The translations under genes and the position numbers were made by a program. DNA of 64,000 nt, from NCBI GenBank assembly GCA_963771075.1, contig CAVYSE010000007.1, positions 32,001-96,000 on the forward strand. The letters are read 5' to 3'. The notes beneath the pieces were generated by a model, which was given only the letters and a program-made list of their open reading frames with translations, searched no databases and was not told the origin of the DNA. This stretch comes from a candidate division FCPU426 bacterium (lineage in GTDB: Bacteria; Oederibacteriota; Muellerivitia; Muellerivitales; Muellerivitaceae). The first letter of the stretch is position 1. Every line of letters starts with the position of its first letter. Of this stretch, positions 28,728 through 40,010 are shown one piece after another.

Positions 28728-28932
28728 ACCCGATTTAAAATGACGAGTGCCTGGGCCGACTTCAAGAATGGGGTCGGCCTTTCTTGTTTAAACACGCGAA
28801 CAACATCCCCGAATGAACAATGGGAGCAGAATCTTTGCAATAATTTGTGAAAGGGGCCCGATTATTTCCGCTATTATTCAGTCGGACGGCCTCCGATAAC
28901 GGCTAATTTTGGACAACCACTAAGAGGTACCC

Positions 28933-30357
28933 TTGAGCGAAAGCGCCAAAGAATTGATGCCCCAAGAGATTTTGAAACTATGCGATATCCGGGGCAAATA
29001 TCCCAATCCCTTGGGAAAGCCCGAGGCCCATACCGTCGGGTTAGCCATCGGCACCTTCCTTAAGGAATCCCAGGGACGCAACATCAAGGCCGTCATCGGG
29101 GGGGATATCCGGGAATCCTCGGTGCCCCTGAAAAAAAGCCTGCTCCAGGGTATGCGGGAATCCGGCCTCAAGATCGTGGACGCGGGGTTGGTTTCCACCC
29201 CCTTGTTGAATTTCGCGACGGGTTTCGCCGGGGCCGCCGCCGGCATCATGGTCACCGCGTCCCATAATCCTCCCGAGTACAACGGATTTAAATTCTTTCT
29301 GGCCGGCGAACCGGCGCCAGCGGCCTGGATCGAACATCTATACCAGATCCTCGCGCGGGGCAAGTTCCGCAAAGGGGCCGGGATCACGGAAAAAAAGAAT
29401 TTTTTCCCCGACTACCGCAACCGGATGGTCCGGCAGATCGCGGCGAACCTGAACGGGTACAAGATCGTGGTGGACCCCGGCAACGGCATGGCCGGCCTGA
29501 CCGCCCCGCCGATCCTACAGACCCTCGGACTTCAGGTGGAAATGATGAATGGGGAGTTGGACCCGAAGTTTCCCGGCAGGGGCGCCGATAGTTCCGATCC
29601 CAAAGCTTTGGAGGCGCTGGGGCGCCGGGTGGTCAAGGCGAAGGCCCTACTCGGAGTGGCTTTCGACGGCGACGCGGACCGGGCCAGCTTCGTCGACGGG
29701 CACGGACAGGAAGTACCGGGGGAGGTCATCCTGGGCCTCCTGGCCGAGGAGCCGTTAGGCCGCCAACCGGGATTGAAAATCATTTATGACGGAAAATGTT
29801 CGGATGGCTTGGATCAGTGGGTCCGGTCCAAAGGCGGGGTGCCGGTTTTGGAACGATCGGGTCACACCTTCGTTTATGACCGATTTAAAAAAGAGGGCGC
29901 GCTCATGGCGGGCGAGGCCAGCGGCCACTTTTTCCTTCCGGGCGCCTTCCCCGGGGACGCGCTCTACGCCTGCCTGATCCTTTTGAAAACCCTGAAGTCC
30001 CGGGGCCAATCCCTCTCCGAAGCCCTCCCTCCTTTCCCGAAACGGGTTTCGACCCACGACGTGAAAATACCCATGGAACGGGAAAAAGCCAATTCTGTTT
30101 TCGAGGGGTTGAAAACAAGGGCCTTATCGATGGGAGGGGAAGTGACTGGCGCGGACGGGGTGCGCGCGGTTTTTAAGGACGGTTGGGGCATCGCGCGCTT
30201 GTCCGTGACCGAACCGGTCTTGTCCTGCCGTTTCGAGGCTGAAACGATAGCCCGGTTGAAATCCATGACCTCGGAATGGCTTGAGGATTACCCCGAAATT
30301 CTTTCCAAGGTCAAATCGAAAATATCCACCCTCCGCGATCGAACTGAAAAGGCCTGA
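28933..30357 (+). CDS. Phosphomannomutase/phosphoglucomutase
   Basis: DIRG, MVTASHNPPEYNGFK active site, AFDGDADR metal loop, GEASGH. Confidence 0.95.
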   Translation: MSESAKELMPQEILKLCDIRGKYPNPLGKPEAHTVGLAIGTFLKESQGRNIKAVIGGDIRESSVPLKKSLLQGMRESGLKIVDAGLVSTPLLNFATGFAGAAAGIMVTASHNPPEYNGFKFFLAGEPAPAAWIEHLYQILARGKFRKGAGITEKKNFFPDYRNRMVRQIAANLNGYKIVVDPGNGMAGLTAPPILQTLGLQVEMMNGELDPKFPGRGADSSDPKALEALGRRVVKAKALLGVAFDGDADRASFVDGHGQEVPGEVILGLLAEEPLGRQPGLKIIYDGKCSDGLDQWVRSKGGVPVLERSGHTFVYDRFKKEGALMAGEASGHFFLPGAFPGDALYACLILLKTLKSRGQSLSEALPPFPKRVSTHDVKIPMEREKANSVFEGLKTRALSMGGEVTGADGVRAVFKDGWGIARLSVTEPVLSCRFEAETIARLKSMTSEWLEDYPEILSKVKSKISTLRDRTEKA

Positions 30358-30360
30358 ACC

Positions 30361-30780
30361 ATGGTGTACTGTCTCTTTGTGGGCGCGTTCAAAGAACCCA
30401 GGCTGGAAGCCCAGGCCGCCGAATTCCATAAGAGGCTCAATCGCCTGTGGCCCGTGAACCTGCTCGTGCTCAAAGAAAATGCCAGGGAAATTCAAAGGTG
30501 GATCGAGGCTCGTCGGGGAAGGGGTCTTTTCGTTTCCCTGGACCCGGCAGGCAAAGGAATGGATTCCGGCCAATTCGCCCAATGGGTCACCCAAAGTTCC
30601 CAGGACCTCTATTTTTTCGCCTGGGGCGCGGGTGGACCCTTGGAAGGTTTGGAACTTCCTAAACCGAGGAAAATCAGCCTTTCGCCCATGACCTTTTCCC
30701 ATGAACTGGCCCGCGTCGTCTTGATGGAACAACTTTACCGTTCGGGCGCCCTTTTGAAGGGTCATCCCTATCCCAAGTGA
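30361..30780 (+). CDS. rlmH: 23S rRNA pseudouridine-1915 N3-methyltransferase RlmH (divergent)
   Basis: LDPAGKGMDS..FA, ISLSPMTFSHELARVVLMEQLYR, GHPY SPOUT signature. Confidence 0.85.
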   Translation: MVYCLFVGAFKEPRLEAQAAEFHKRLNRLWPVNLLVLKENAREIQRWIEARRGRGLFVSLDPAGKGMDSGQFAQWVTQSSQDLYFFAWGAGGPLEGLELPKPRKISLSPMTFSHELARVVLMEQLYRSGALLKGHPYPK

Positions 30781-30815
30781 TGTACGCTTGAAAGGCTTGG
30801 TTTTTATTACCCTAA

Positions 30816-30983
30816 CTCGACTTTGGCAAATTTTGGGGTCGTTCTAATTTTCCCCCTCTGAAAGAGGGGGACTAAGGGGGGAGTTAGCTTTTTTAAACCC
30901 CATCGACAACGACTAATACCCCCCCTTATTCAAAGGGGGAATAGTCATGGGCAACACTCTTTTAGGAATTTGCCAAAGTAGAG
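30816..30983. mobile_element. MITE copy 1 (diverged)
   Basis: TIRs CTCGACTTTGGCAAATT / AATTTGCCAAAGTAGAG; internal CCCCCTCTGAAAGAGGGGG hairpin shared with copies 2 and 3. Confidence 0.8.
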
Positions 30984-31092
30984 ACCCTTAAAAGGATTAA
31001 AATGGGAACCTTGGGTATCGGTCAACCGTCTAACACTTTGAATTCAAAAATTTTAAGTTTTGCTCGTCACCAGGTTCAACAAGGGGGCATCC

Positions 31093-31899
31093 ATGAAGCG
31101 CGCAATTGAAATGAAGTGGGCCTTGCCGGTCCTGTTGTTCGCAGTCGCCTTTATGGGCCATCCATCGGCGGGAATACCCCAAACCCAAGATCAAGCCCAG
31201 CCGGTCGAGTATGTCATCGAAGATATCAAGGGGCAGGATGTGCAGGTTTTGGAGGATGGAAGCAAATCCTGGACTCCGGCCCAGGAGGGCCAGGAAGTGG
31301 AGTCGGGGGATCAGGTAAAGACCGGCAACAATTGCGAGGCCACCCTCACCCTGGAATCCGACACGACGGTTCATATGGATCCGAACAGCACCTTGAAGGT
31401 GGATCAGGTGGTTTCCAATGACGCGGGAGGGTTCTTAAGCCGGTTGGAGATGTTGGCCGGAAACCTATTGGCGGACGTGAAAAAGAACCTTCAGGAGAGC
31501 CATTCCACCTTTGAAGTAAGCGCCAATGGTGTAGTTTGCGGTGTTCGGGGTACGGCATTCGAGGTGGGCTGGGATGGAACCGACCTGAGGACGGCTACCC
31601 ATGAGGGAAAGGTGGAAGTGGTGGATCAGGACCATCAATCCCACTTCGTGGAAGCGGGGAACGTATCCCTGTTCAACCGGGGCCACTTCCGCCTCCAACG
31701 CCGAATGGAACGGCTCGAAAGCCAGCGTTTTCAACAATGGCGTCAATATCGGAAGGCCGTGTTTCAGAAAAGGCTCCAACGCCTCAAGGATATCCGGGAA
31801 CACCGCCGTCAGGCCTGGCGGCGCCAGGCTCCCCATCCCAAGGGCCATGGCCGCCGGTTCGAAAAGAACCAACACCCGGATCGGCGTTTCCAGCCCTGA
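31093..31899 (+). CDS. FecR-domain exported protein
   Basis: Signal peptide, GDQVKTG, FEVSANGVVCGVRGTAFEV, EGKVEV; Arg-rich tail. Confidence 0.85.
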   Translation: MKRAIEMKWALPVLLFAVAFMGHPSAGIPQTQDQAQPVEYVIEDIKGQDVQVLEDGSKSWTPAQEGQEVESGDQVKTGNNCEATLTLESDTTVHMDPNSTLKVDQVVSNDAGGFLSRLEMLAGNLLADVKKNLQESHSTFEVSANGVVCGVRGTAFEVGWDGTDLRTATHEGKVEVVDQDHQSHFVEAGNVSLFNRGHFRLQRRMERLESQRFQQWRQYRKAVFQKRLQRLKDIREHRRQAWRRQAPHPKGHGRRFEKNQHPDRRFQP

Positions 31900-31942
31900 A
31901 GAAGGGAAGGCTGGTTTCGGACACTCGACTTGGTTAGAATCG

Positions 31943-31976
31943 AAAAAGAGAGGATTCTTTCCTCTCTTTTTTATTT
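31943..31976 (+). terminator. Intrinsic (possibly bidirectional) terminator
   Basis: AAAAAGAGAGGA-ttctt-TCCTCTCTTTTT. Confidence 0.7.
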
Positions 31977-31991
31977 TGGGGGAACCGAACC

Positions 31992-34082
31992 ATGATGGAT
32001 ATTGCCCAACGCTTGGCCGCTTGTCTTCCTCCCGGCTCGATCGAGAACCGTCCCCAGCAAAATCAAATGGCCCAGGCGGTCGCCGACCTTCTGCGGGAAG
32101 GCGGCCACCTGATGGTGGAGGCGGGTACGGGGGTGGGCAAGAGTTTTGCCTATCTGCTTCCGGCCTTGCAACACGCCCTGAGTGAAGGGGGGCCCGTCGT
32201 CGTTTCCACCCACACCCTGACCCTGCAAGAACAGTTGTTTCAAAAGGACCTTCCCATCGTGATCAAGGCCCTTCAACAAGAGGGCTTGGGCCCCGTTCGG
32301 GCGGTGTTGTTGAAGGGGCGGGGGAATTACCTTTCCCGCAGGCGTTTGAAGTTGGCTTTGGAAGGGAACGACCAAACCGATTTCATGGGGGAAGGCGAGG
32401 TTCTCTTCAAACTCCAGGAATGGACGGCCACTTCAACCGAAGGCACACTCTCGTCGGCTCCCATTCCCATTCCAACATCGATTTGGGAGGAGGTTAAAAG
32501 CGACCCCTACCATTGCCTAGGGCCCCAATGTCCCACCTTCGATACCTGCTTTTACCACTCGACCCGTAAGAAGGCCTACCAGGCGCACCTGATCCTGGTG
32601 AATCACGCCCTGCTGCTGGCCGACCTGGCCCTGAAAATGGAATCCGAACAGGGGGTTCTCCCTCCCTATCAAACCTTGATCGTGGATGAGGCGCACCATC
32701 TACCCGCGCTCGCGTCGGAGCACTTGGCGACCACGTTCAGTTTCTCGGAATGCCAAGGCTTGATGAGACGTCTCCTTTTTACCGACGAGAAGGCTCCGGG
32801 CGGCAAGGGACTCTTTGCCGCCATTCCCACCGCCGGGGCGGGGGAGGCGGTTGCTGATTTCAAATCGAGTTTCCACGATTTTTTTTCGGATTTAGGCAGG
32901 GGCCTGGCCGATCAATCGGGAAGATTAAAGGCGGCCCGCCTGCCCGACCCTCCCCCGCCCATGGGTGACCTGGCCAGGTCGCTGGGTCGCTTGGAATCCC
33001 TCCTGGAGGACGCCGCCGAAACCGCGCCCACGGAAGAACTGGAATTGGAAGCCAAGGGGACTCGGGAAGAATGCCGTGAGTTGGTTCGCCGCCTTTCCTA
33101 TATCCTGGAAAGGGGTTGGGGTGAGGATGCCTGTTATCTCATGGAACCCGATGCTTACGCCTATAAAAAAGGTGAAATCCGCGCCGCCTCGATACGCGCG
33201 GTGCCCCTGGATTCCTCCGAACTGCTCAAGGAACACCTGCTTTCCTCTGTTAAAAGCGCCGTTTTCACCAGCGCCACCCTCTCGGTCGGGGACGATTTTT
33301 CCTATTTCCGCCATGCCTTAGGGTTGGACGAGGATTCGGGATCGGGGCGGGTCAAGTCCCTGAGGGTCGGGTCACCCTTTGATTTCCGCAAACAAGTGAC
33401 GATGTTCCTCCCACGGTCCATGCCACATCCCCGCCGGGAAGAGGAAAAATACAATCGGGAGGTGGTCGAATACATCCGGGCATCCCTCAAACAGTCCCAC
33501 GGTAAAGCCTTCGTGCTATTCACCAGTTTCAAGATGATGCGCCAGGTGTCGGAGGCTATCCGTGAGGATCTGGACGCCCTCGGAATCACCCTTTTAGTCC
33601 AAGGGGAAGAGGGATGGGACCGAACCCGACTTTTGAAGGTTTTTCGGGAAGATATCCACTCGGTTCTATTGGGGGTTAATAGTTTCTGGGAGGGGGTGGA
33701 CGTCCCGGGAGAGGCTCTTTCCAACCTGATCATCACCAAGCTGCCCTTCCAGGTTCCCGAGGGCCCATTGGTGGAGGCTCGCCACGCCCGAATGAAGGAG
33801 CAGGGTATGGAGCCCTTTCAGGTTGAGAGCCTGCCGGAAGCGGTATTGAGGCTTAAACAGGGGTTTGGCCGATTGATCCGAAGCGCGACCGATGTGGGGA
33901 CGGTTACCCTTTTGGATCCGCGGGTTACCACCGAGCGGTGGGGCCGGATCTTCCTGGATTCCTTACCCGATTGCGAGAAGGTTTTTTTGTCGAAGCCCGG
34001 GAAACCGGAACCCTATCTTCCCATCGATTTTTCCCCGGCCCAGAACGCCAAACGGCGGGCCCGGCCCCGCATGAAAGAATGA
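31992..34082 (+). CDS. dinG: DinG/YoaA-family ATP-dependent DNA helicase (Fe-S type)
   Basis: EAGTGVGKS Walker A, LKGRGNYL, CLGPQCPTFDTC, DEAHH, SFWEGVDVPG, LKQGFGRLIR. Confidence 0.92.
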   Translation: MMDIAQRLAACLPPGSIENRPQQNQMAQAVADLLREGGHLMVEAGTGVGKSFAYLLPALQHALSEGGPVVVSTHTLTLQEQLFQKDLPIVIKALQQEGLGPVRAVLLKGRGNYLSRRRLKLALEGNDQTDFMGEGEVLFKLQEWTATSTEGTLSSAPIPIPTSIWEEVKSDPYHCLGPQCPTFDTCFYHSTRKKAYQAHLILVNHALLLADLALKMESEQGVLPPYQTLIVDEAHHLPALASEHLATTFSFSECQGLMRRLLFTDEKAPGGKGLFAAIPTAGAGEAVADFKSSFHDFFSDLGRGLADQSGRLKAARLPDPPPPMGDLARSLGRLESLLEDAAETAPTEELELEAKGTREECRELVRRLSYILERGWGEDACYLMEPDAYAYKKGEIRAASIRAVPLDSSELLKEHLLSSVKSAVFTSATLSVGDDFSYFRHALGLDEDSGSGRVKSLRVGSPFDFRKQVTMFLPRSMPHPRREEEKYNREVVEYIRASLKQSHGKAFVLFTSFKMMRQVSEAIREDLDALGITLLVQGEEGWDRTRLLKVFREDIHSVLLGVNSFWEGVDVPGEALSNLIITKLPFQVPEGPLVEARHARMKEQGMEPFQVESLPEAVLRLKQGFGRLIRSATDVGTVTLLDPRVTTERWGRIFLDSLPDCEKVFLSKPGKPEPYLPIDFSPAQNAKRRARPRMKE

Positions 34083-34190
34083 TCGTGACCGCGGCGACGG
34101 TGACGAAACCCTGAATTGAGGTTGACCGGTTGAATTCTAATTGATCCTTTCATTGTTGAACCGACTTCGATTGAGGGTAAAATAAAGCCC

Positions 34191-35252
34191 ATGTCCCGGC
34201 CTCCCTCCTCATCCCCAAAAGAAGCCAAATCACCTCCAGCGGAAATTCGTCTCTTGGACTCAGCCGTTCCGGGAGGGGAGGATGAACCCACCCTTAGGCC
34301 CCAGTATCTGGCCGAATATGTGGGCCAGACCGCCCTGAAAGAATCCCTTTTGATCGCCCTGAAGGCGGCCCAACAACGGAAGGAAGCCTTGGAGCATCTT
34401 CTTTTATCCGGCCCGCCGGGTTTGGGAAAGACGACCCTGGCGTCCATCGTGGCGAAGGAAATGGGGGTCAATTTAAAGGCGACTTCGGGTCCCATTATCG
34501 AGCGCTCCGGCGACTTGGCCGCCCTCCTGACCAATCTCCAGCCCTTTGACCTGCTGTTCATTGACGAAATTCACCGTTTGCCGAGAGTCGTGGAAGAGGT
34601 GCTCTACCCCGCCATGGAGGATTTTCAGCTCGATATCATGATCGGCAAGGGCCCCACGGCCCGCGCCATCCGTCTTCAATTACCCCCCTTTACCCTGGTG
34701 GGCGCCACGACCCGGGCGGGAAAGGTCAGCGCGCCCTTGCGGGACCGGTTTGGGCTTTCTTTCCGCTTGGAGTTCTACCAGCCGAGTGAATTGATGGAAA
34801 TCGTCCGCCGCTCGGCCCATGTGTTAAAAATGGATTTAACCGAGGATGGGGCCCAGGAAGTGGCCCTCCGGTCCCGGGGAACACCCCGCCTGGCGAACCG
34901 GCTCCTGCGCCGGGTCCGGGATTTTGCCGAGGTCAAACGAAAGGGAAAGGTGGACCGGGAAGTCGCCGATGCCGCCCTTCGCCTGTTGGAGGTCGATGCC
35001 CTGGGGTTGGACCGGATGGATCGCCGTATCCTTGCCAGCGTGATCGAAAAATATTCAGGCGGCCCGGTCGGGGTGGATACCCTTGCCCTTTCCGTTGGCG
35101 AAGAGCCGGAGACGGTGGAAGATGTCTATGAACCCTTTTTGGTTCAAATGGGTTTCCTGCAGCGTACCCCCAATGGACGGAAAGCCACGGCCCTGGCCTA
35201 CAAGCACCTTTCGCTGACCCCGCCCCCTGAAATTCAAGGAAGCCTATTATGA
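34191..35252 (+). CDS. ruvB: Holliday junction branch-migration helicase RuvB
   Basis: [47 protein letters not shown]. Confidence 0.98.
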   Translation: MSRPPSSSPKEAKSPPAEIRLLDSAVPGGEDEPTLRPQYLAEYVGQTALKESLLIALKAAQQRKEALEHLLLSGPPGLGKTTLASIVAKEMGVNLKATSGPIIERSGDLAALLTNLQPFDLLFIDEIHRLPRVVEEVLYPAMEDFQLDIMIGKGPTARAIRLQLPPFTLVGATTRAGKVSAPLRDRFGLSFRLEFYQPSELMEIVRRSAHVLKMDLTEDGAQEVALRSRGTPRLANRLLRRVRDFAEVKRKGKVDREVADAALRLLEVDALGLDRMDRRILASVIEKYSGGPVGVDTLALSVGEEPETVEDVYEPFLVQMGFLQRTPNGRKATALAYKHLSLTPPPEIQGSLL

Positions 35253-36526
35253 ACGGCCAAAACCTGCGGCTCCCCAAAAAATCCGAGGTTTTTCTCTTCG
35301 GTACCATCACCCTGATGGGAGTGGTCATCGGTTTGGCCTTTCCCCTCCTGAATTATTTCAAACCCGCCAGTCATTTCTGGTTTTACGTCATCTGTGTTCT
35401 TTCGGGGGTCTTTGCCTCCGGGTTGATCCTGCTGGTCGTGCAAAAAATAGTCCTTCATCCCCTGGAGGAATTTTTGGAAGCCATGGAGCGGGTCTCCGAG
35501 GGAAACCTGCAGGTGAAGGTCGTCGGAAAGTACTCGGGTGATTTTGAGGCCCTGGCCCGGCATTTCAACGTCATGCTGGATTCCCTGAGGGCCTCCGTGC
35601 TTCAGCTGAAGAACAGCTCCCAGGAAACCCTTCTCCTGGCCCAGCAGCTGACCCAGACCATCCAGCAAATGCATGGCGCAACGGAGGAAGTATCCTCCAC
35701 CATTCAAAACATCTCCCGGGGAGCGGAAGACCAGGCGTTAAAGGTACAGGAAGCCTTTAATATCATCGATAAAATGGCGGGCAACATCCAGACATCCGCC
35801 GAGCTCCTGAACAACTCGGGTAAGGTCGTTGCCCGGGCGGTCAACGCCTCCGAAGCGGGCAGCCGGTCCTTCCAAAAGACGATCCAACAAATGCGGTCCA
35901 TCCACGAAGTGGTCCAAAGCTCCACCCGGGAAGTCACCGAATTGGGCAATCGTTCCAAGCAGATCGGAAAGGTGGTGGACGTGATCACCCAAATCGCCGA
36001 CCAGACCAACCTGTTGGCCCTGAACGCGGCCATTGAGGCGGCCCGGAGCGGGGAATACGGACGGGGTTTCGCGGTGGTGGCGGAGGAAGTCAAGAAGCTG
36101 GCCGATGGATCGGCGGAAGCCGCCAACAAGATTTCGGTGATCATCCGGGAAATCCAAAAGGAAATCGCCGGGGTGGTGACCACCATGAGCGAAGGAGCGG
36201 AGAAAGTTACAGAAGGTTTGGTGGTGGTGACCGAGGGCGGGGAAGCCCTCAAGGAGATCCAGGGCACTTCGGACGAGGTCGTCAAACAGGTGCAGGAAAT
36301 CTCCAAATCCTTCGAGAACCAAGCGGATCAGGCATCGAGCGTGGTGGAAGCTATCACCAATATCGTGGCGGTTTCCGAGGAGAACGCTTCGGCCACGGAG
36401 GAAATATCAGCTTCCACCGAGGAACTCACCGCTTCCATGGAATCGATGGTCGCGGCCGCCCGCCAGCTGGAAGGTGTGGCCCAGCGATTGAAGGATGCCG
36501 CGGCTAATTTTAAGGATGTCGGCTGA
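35249..36526 (+). CDS. Methyl-accepting chemotaxis protein (2 TM, minimal periplasmic loop, HAMP)
   Basis: [37 protein letters not shown] signalling hairpin. Confidence 0.95.
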   Translation: MNGQNLRLPKKSEVFLFGTITLMGVVIGLAFPLLNYFKPASHFWFYVICVLSGVFASGLILLVVQKIVLHPLEEFLEAMERVSEGNLQVKVVGKYSGDFEALARHFNVMLDSLRASVLQLKNSSQETLLLAQQLTQTIQQMHGATEEVSSTIQNISRGAEDQALKVQEAFNIIDKMAGNIQTSAELLNNSGKVVARAVNASEAGSRSFQKTIQQMRSIHEVVQSSTREVTELGNRSKQIGKVVDVITQIADQTNLLALNAAIEAARSGEYGRGFAVVAEEVKKLADGSAEAANKISVIIREIQKEIAGVVTTMSEGAEKVTEGLVVVTEGGEALKEIQGTSDEVVKQVQEISKSFENQADQASSVVEAITNIVAVSEENASATEEISASTEELTASMESMVAAARQLEGVAQRLKDAAANFKDVG

Positions 36527-36650
36527 GAAACCGCCTTTTCAGTGGCAAACCCCTTGAAAATAAGAGAAAAGTGTTTATATTTCATGTCGGCCGTTTATAG
36601 CTTTGAAGGTTTATTGCTGTTGTTAATAACTTAACCCAAAGGTCCTGCCC

Positions 36651-37595
36651 ATGATCGAAGTCAAAGACCTCGTGAAGATTTACGGAACCACGACTGCCGT
36701 GGACCGGGTGACCTTTTCCGTGCCCAAGGGTACCATCCTGGGCCTGCTGGGCCCCAATGGAGCCGGAAAAACAACCACGATGAGGGTGATCACCACCTCC
36801 CTTCCTCCCAACGGCGGAAAGGTATCCGTGGCGGGCTATGATGTAGCCGATGCCCCCCAGGAAATCCGCAAACGAATTGGTTATCTTCCGGAAATCCCCC
36901 CCATCTATGGGGATATGACCATCATGAATTACCTCAAGTTCGTCGCGGATATTAAGGATATTCCCAGGGAAAAGAAAACCGACCGGATCGGGGAGGTTTT
37001 GGAGATGCTTTCCCTGGACGATATCAGCCGACGCCTCATTTCCCATCTTTCCCTGGGTTACCGCCAAAGGGTGGGATTAGCCCAGGCCCTGATCCATGAC
37101 CCGGATGTGCTGATTTTGGACGAGCCTACCCGGGGTTTGGACCCCAAGCAAATCCTCGAGATCCGCAAGCTCATCAAGTCCCTGAGCGGCCAGAAAACCA
37201 TCATCCTTTCGACCCATATCCTGCCGGAAGTAGCTTCCACCTGCGATAACGTGGTGATCATCGACCAGGGCAAGGTGGTCGCGGCGGATACGGTGGAGAA
37301 CCTGTCCCAGAAGCTGGAAGGCGCCAAAACGCTGGATGTGGAGATCAAGGGGCCCGCGGCGGACGTGAAGGCGGCCCTGGAGAAGGCGTCCGGGGTCTCG
37401 GCGGTCAAGGTGTTGGGCAAGGAAAGCCGGGGCGCCACCAAGTTCGAGGTGATCACCGACGGAAGCAATGAGGCACGGGAGGCGCTCTTTAATTGCGTGG
37501 TTAAGAACAAATGGGTCCTCTACCAATTAAGCCCGGTGGGCATGAGCCTGGAAGACGTTTTCTTGAAACTTACCACAAAGGAATCCGCCTCATGA
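36651..37595 (+). CDS. ABC transporter ATP-binding protein (GldA-like)
   Basis: GPNGAGKTT, LSLGYRQRVGLAQAL, ILDEPT, LSTHIL. Confidence 0.93.
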   Translation: MIEVKDLVKIYGTTTAVDRVTFSVPKGTILGLLGPNGAGKTTTMRVITTSLPPNGGKVSVAGYDVADAPQEIRKRIGYLPEIPPIYGDMTIMNYLKFVADIKDIPREKKTDRIGEVLEMLSLDDISRRLISHLSLGYRQRVGLAQALIHDPDVLILDEPTRGLDPKQILEIRKLIKSLSGQKTIILSTHILPEVASTCDNVVIIDQGKVVAADTVENLSQKLEGAKTLDVEIKGPAADVKAALEKASGVSAVKVLGKESRGATKFEVITDGSNEAREALFNCVVKNKWVLYQLSPVGMSLEDVFLKLTTKESAS

Positions 37596-37677
37596 CCCGA
37601 TATTCAGTGAACCTCCCGAGGACATCGGGTCAATACCGACATTCTTTATATATTCATTTTTTCATAGGAGAGTCGGC

Positions 37678-38391
37678 ATGAACCCCAGAAAAATTTCGGC
37701 TTTAATGCAGAAGGATTTGACCCAATATTTCGCCTCCCCGATGGGTTATTTGGTTTTGACTGTTTATTTCCTGGTCGGTGGTTTTTTCTTCTGGCTGATC
37801 GCGATCCAAAGCCGAAGCGCCACCATGACCCCGGTTTTCCAGAACACGGTGATCCTGCTTCTTTTCATCACCCCCATGATCACCATGCGCCTCTGGTCGG
37901 AAGAGGAAAAGTCGGGCACGGCGGAACTGCTTTGCACCTCCCCCCTTTCCCTGTGGGATATCGTCCTGGCCAAGTATTTCGCGGCCATGGCTTTTTTCGG
38001 CGCCATGCTGTTATCCACGATTATTTACCTGGTGATCATGCTGGCTTCCGGAAACCCGGATTTGGGGCCGGTTACCGCTAACTACATTGGCTACATCTTG
38101 GCCGCGGGGGCATTCTTTTCCTTGGGCTTGTTTGCCTCCACCCTGAGCGAAAACCAGATCGTCTCGGCCGTCATCGCTTATGGGATTCTCCTGATGCTTT
38201 GGGTGATCGGAGCCGCCGGGGCGAATGTACAGGGACCCTTGGGGGATTTCCTGAAATACATATCGGTTTTCGAGCACTTGGATGATTTCTTCAAGGGCGT
38301 GGTGGACTTGACGCACGTCTTTTATTTCTTGAGCATCATCTTTTTGGGACTTTTCCTTTCGGTGAAGGTCCTGGAAAGCAAGAGGAGTTAA
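37678..38391 (+). CDS. ABC-2 type permease (GldF-like)
   Basis: PMITMRLWSEEEKSGTAELL, LSENQIVSA; about 6 TM. Confidence 0.9.
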   Translation: MNPRKISALMQKDLTQYFASPMGYLVLTVYFLVGGFFFWLIAIQSRSATMTPVFQNTVILLLFITPMITMRLWSEEEKSGTAELLCTSPLSLWDIVLAKYFAAMAFFGAMLLSTIIYLVIMLASGNPDLGPVTANYIGYILAAGAFFSLGLFASTLSENQIVSAVIAYGILLMLWVIGAAGANVQGPLGDFLKYISVFEHLDDFFKGVVDLTHVFYFLSIIFLGLFLSVKVLESKRS

Positions 38392-38393
38392 CC

Positions 38394-40010
38394 TTGGCCC
38401 CAACATCCTTCCTACTCAAAGTCCGAGCCTATAACCAGCCCCTGGCGATCACGGGCCTGGGTCTCGTGGCGGTCGGTATTCTTGCGGTGCAGATATTCAA
38501 CACGGCGAATTGGTGGAATCTCACCCTCGTGGGCTTGGGCTTGGTAGCGCTGGTGCTGTTCTTCGTGGCCAACCAGGCCACGGTGAAGGAAGTGGGCAAA
38601 AAGCGCTCGACCCTCGTTCGCGCCAACTTAAGCTTATGGGTGCTGGTCATGGTGGGCATCGTTTGCGGCTTGAACTACGTGATCTCCCGCCACCCGGTCC
38701 GGTTCGACTTGACCTCGAACAAACTCTATACCCTCGCGGACCAGACCAAGGATGCCTTAAAGGCCCTCAAGCAGGATGTCAATGTCTCCATGTTCATTTC
38801 CAACAAGAAGCAGACCAACGTCCAGGGTGAAGTGGTCCGGGCGCAACAGCTTTTGAAGGAATATGAAAAGATCAACAACAAGTTCCATTTCAAGGTCGTC
38901 GACGTGGATCAAAACCCATCGGAAGCCAAACGGCTGGGCATTCACGAGTACAACACGGTCGTGTTCGAAAGCGGGGATAACCGCAAGGATGTGCTCCAGC
39001 GGGATTATGTGACCTATTCCCTGCAGGGCCGCCAGCCCGTGCCGAAGTTCCAGGGCGAGGGAGCTTTTACGGCTGCACTCGTCAACATGAGCGACACCAC
39101 CCATCCTGTTTTCTATTTCACCGAGGGCCACGGTGAAAAGGAAATGAACAACCCCCAGCCGGAAGGGTTCAACACCTTCAAGGATATGCTGTCCCAGCAA
39201 AACTATACGGTGAAGACCGTCAACCTCCTGACCGGCGGGAAGATCCCCGACGACGCGACGGGTTTGGCCATCGTGGGCCCCACCCACCCCTTCCAGCCGG
39301 CCGAATCGGCCTTGATCGACGACTACCTAAAAAAAGGCGGGAAACTGGTTCTATGCGTGGACCCGGGCGTCAAGGTGGGGTTGGAACCCGTTCTCAACGA
39401 TTTTGGCATCAAGCTGGGCAATGACCTCATCGTGGACCAGACCAGTTACGCGTTTCCGGATGTGAGGGTGGTCATCCCCCAGTATCTTTCCCAGCCCATC
39501 GTGGACAAACTTTCTGAAAATCACATCGCTTCCATGATGCCCTATGGACGGACCGTGCAAGGCCAGACGCCCGCTTTGAAGGAGGTGACCCAAGCGCCTA
39601 TCATGCAAACGACCGACAAGGGATGGGCCTTGAAGGATTTGAAAGCCAAGAGTTTGAGCTTTCGCGCAGGGATCGACACCAAGGGACCGGTCACCATGGC
39701 CCTGGCCTGCGAGTATGTCCTGCCCACGGATGCCACGAAAAAGGCCAGGGTGGTGGTTTTTGGAGACTCGAATTTCTTCACGAACCAATTCCTCCAGGGG
39801 CCGGCCAACCTGGACCTGGGGCTCAATACCTTTAGCTGGGCCGCGGTAGTGGAAAACAAGATCACCATCCACCCCAAGGAAGACTCCATGCGGGTCATGA
39901 ACCTCTCCAATGTGGGCGCCAACTTTATCTATGATTTGACGGTTTGGGTAATGCCCATTGCGATCCTGGCCCTGGGCGGATGGGTCTGGTACCGCCGCCG
40001 TTCCCTATGA
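38394..40010 (+). CDS. GldG-family ABC auxiliary component
   Basis: RFDLTSNKLYTL, YFTEGHGE, RVVVFGDSNF, C-terminal TM plus WYRRR. Confidence 0.9.
   Translation: MAPTSFLLKVRAYNQPLAITGLGLVAVGILAVQIFNTANWWNLTLVGLGLVALVLFFVANQATVKEVGKKRSTLVRANLSLWVLVMVGIVCGLNYVISRHPVRFDLTSNKLYTLADQTKDALKALKQDVNVSMFISNKKQTNVQGEVVRAQQLLKEYEKINNKFHFKVVDVDQNPSEAKRLGIHEYNTVVFESGDNRKDVLQRDYVTYSLQGRQPVPKFQGEGAFTAALVNMSDTTHPVFYFTEGHGEKEMNNPQPEGFNTFKDMLSQQNYTVKTVNLLTGGKIPDDATGLAIVGPTHPFQPAESALIDDYLKKGGKLVLCVDPGVKVGLEPVLNDFGIKLGNDLIVDQTSYAFPDVRVVIPQYLSQPIVDKLSENHIASMMPYGRTVQGQTPALKEVTQAPIMQTTDKGWALKDLKAKSLSFRAGIDTKGPVTMALACEYVLPTDATKKARVVVFGDSNFFTNQFLQGPANLDLGLNTFSWAAVVENKITIHPKEDSMRVMNLSNVGANFIYDLTVWVMPIAILALGGWVWYRRRSL

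Noticed and set aside
28892..28899. TCCGATAA as a sigma28 -10 box before the phosphomannomutase gene
   Set aside because: No matching -35 element at N11 spacing.
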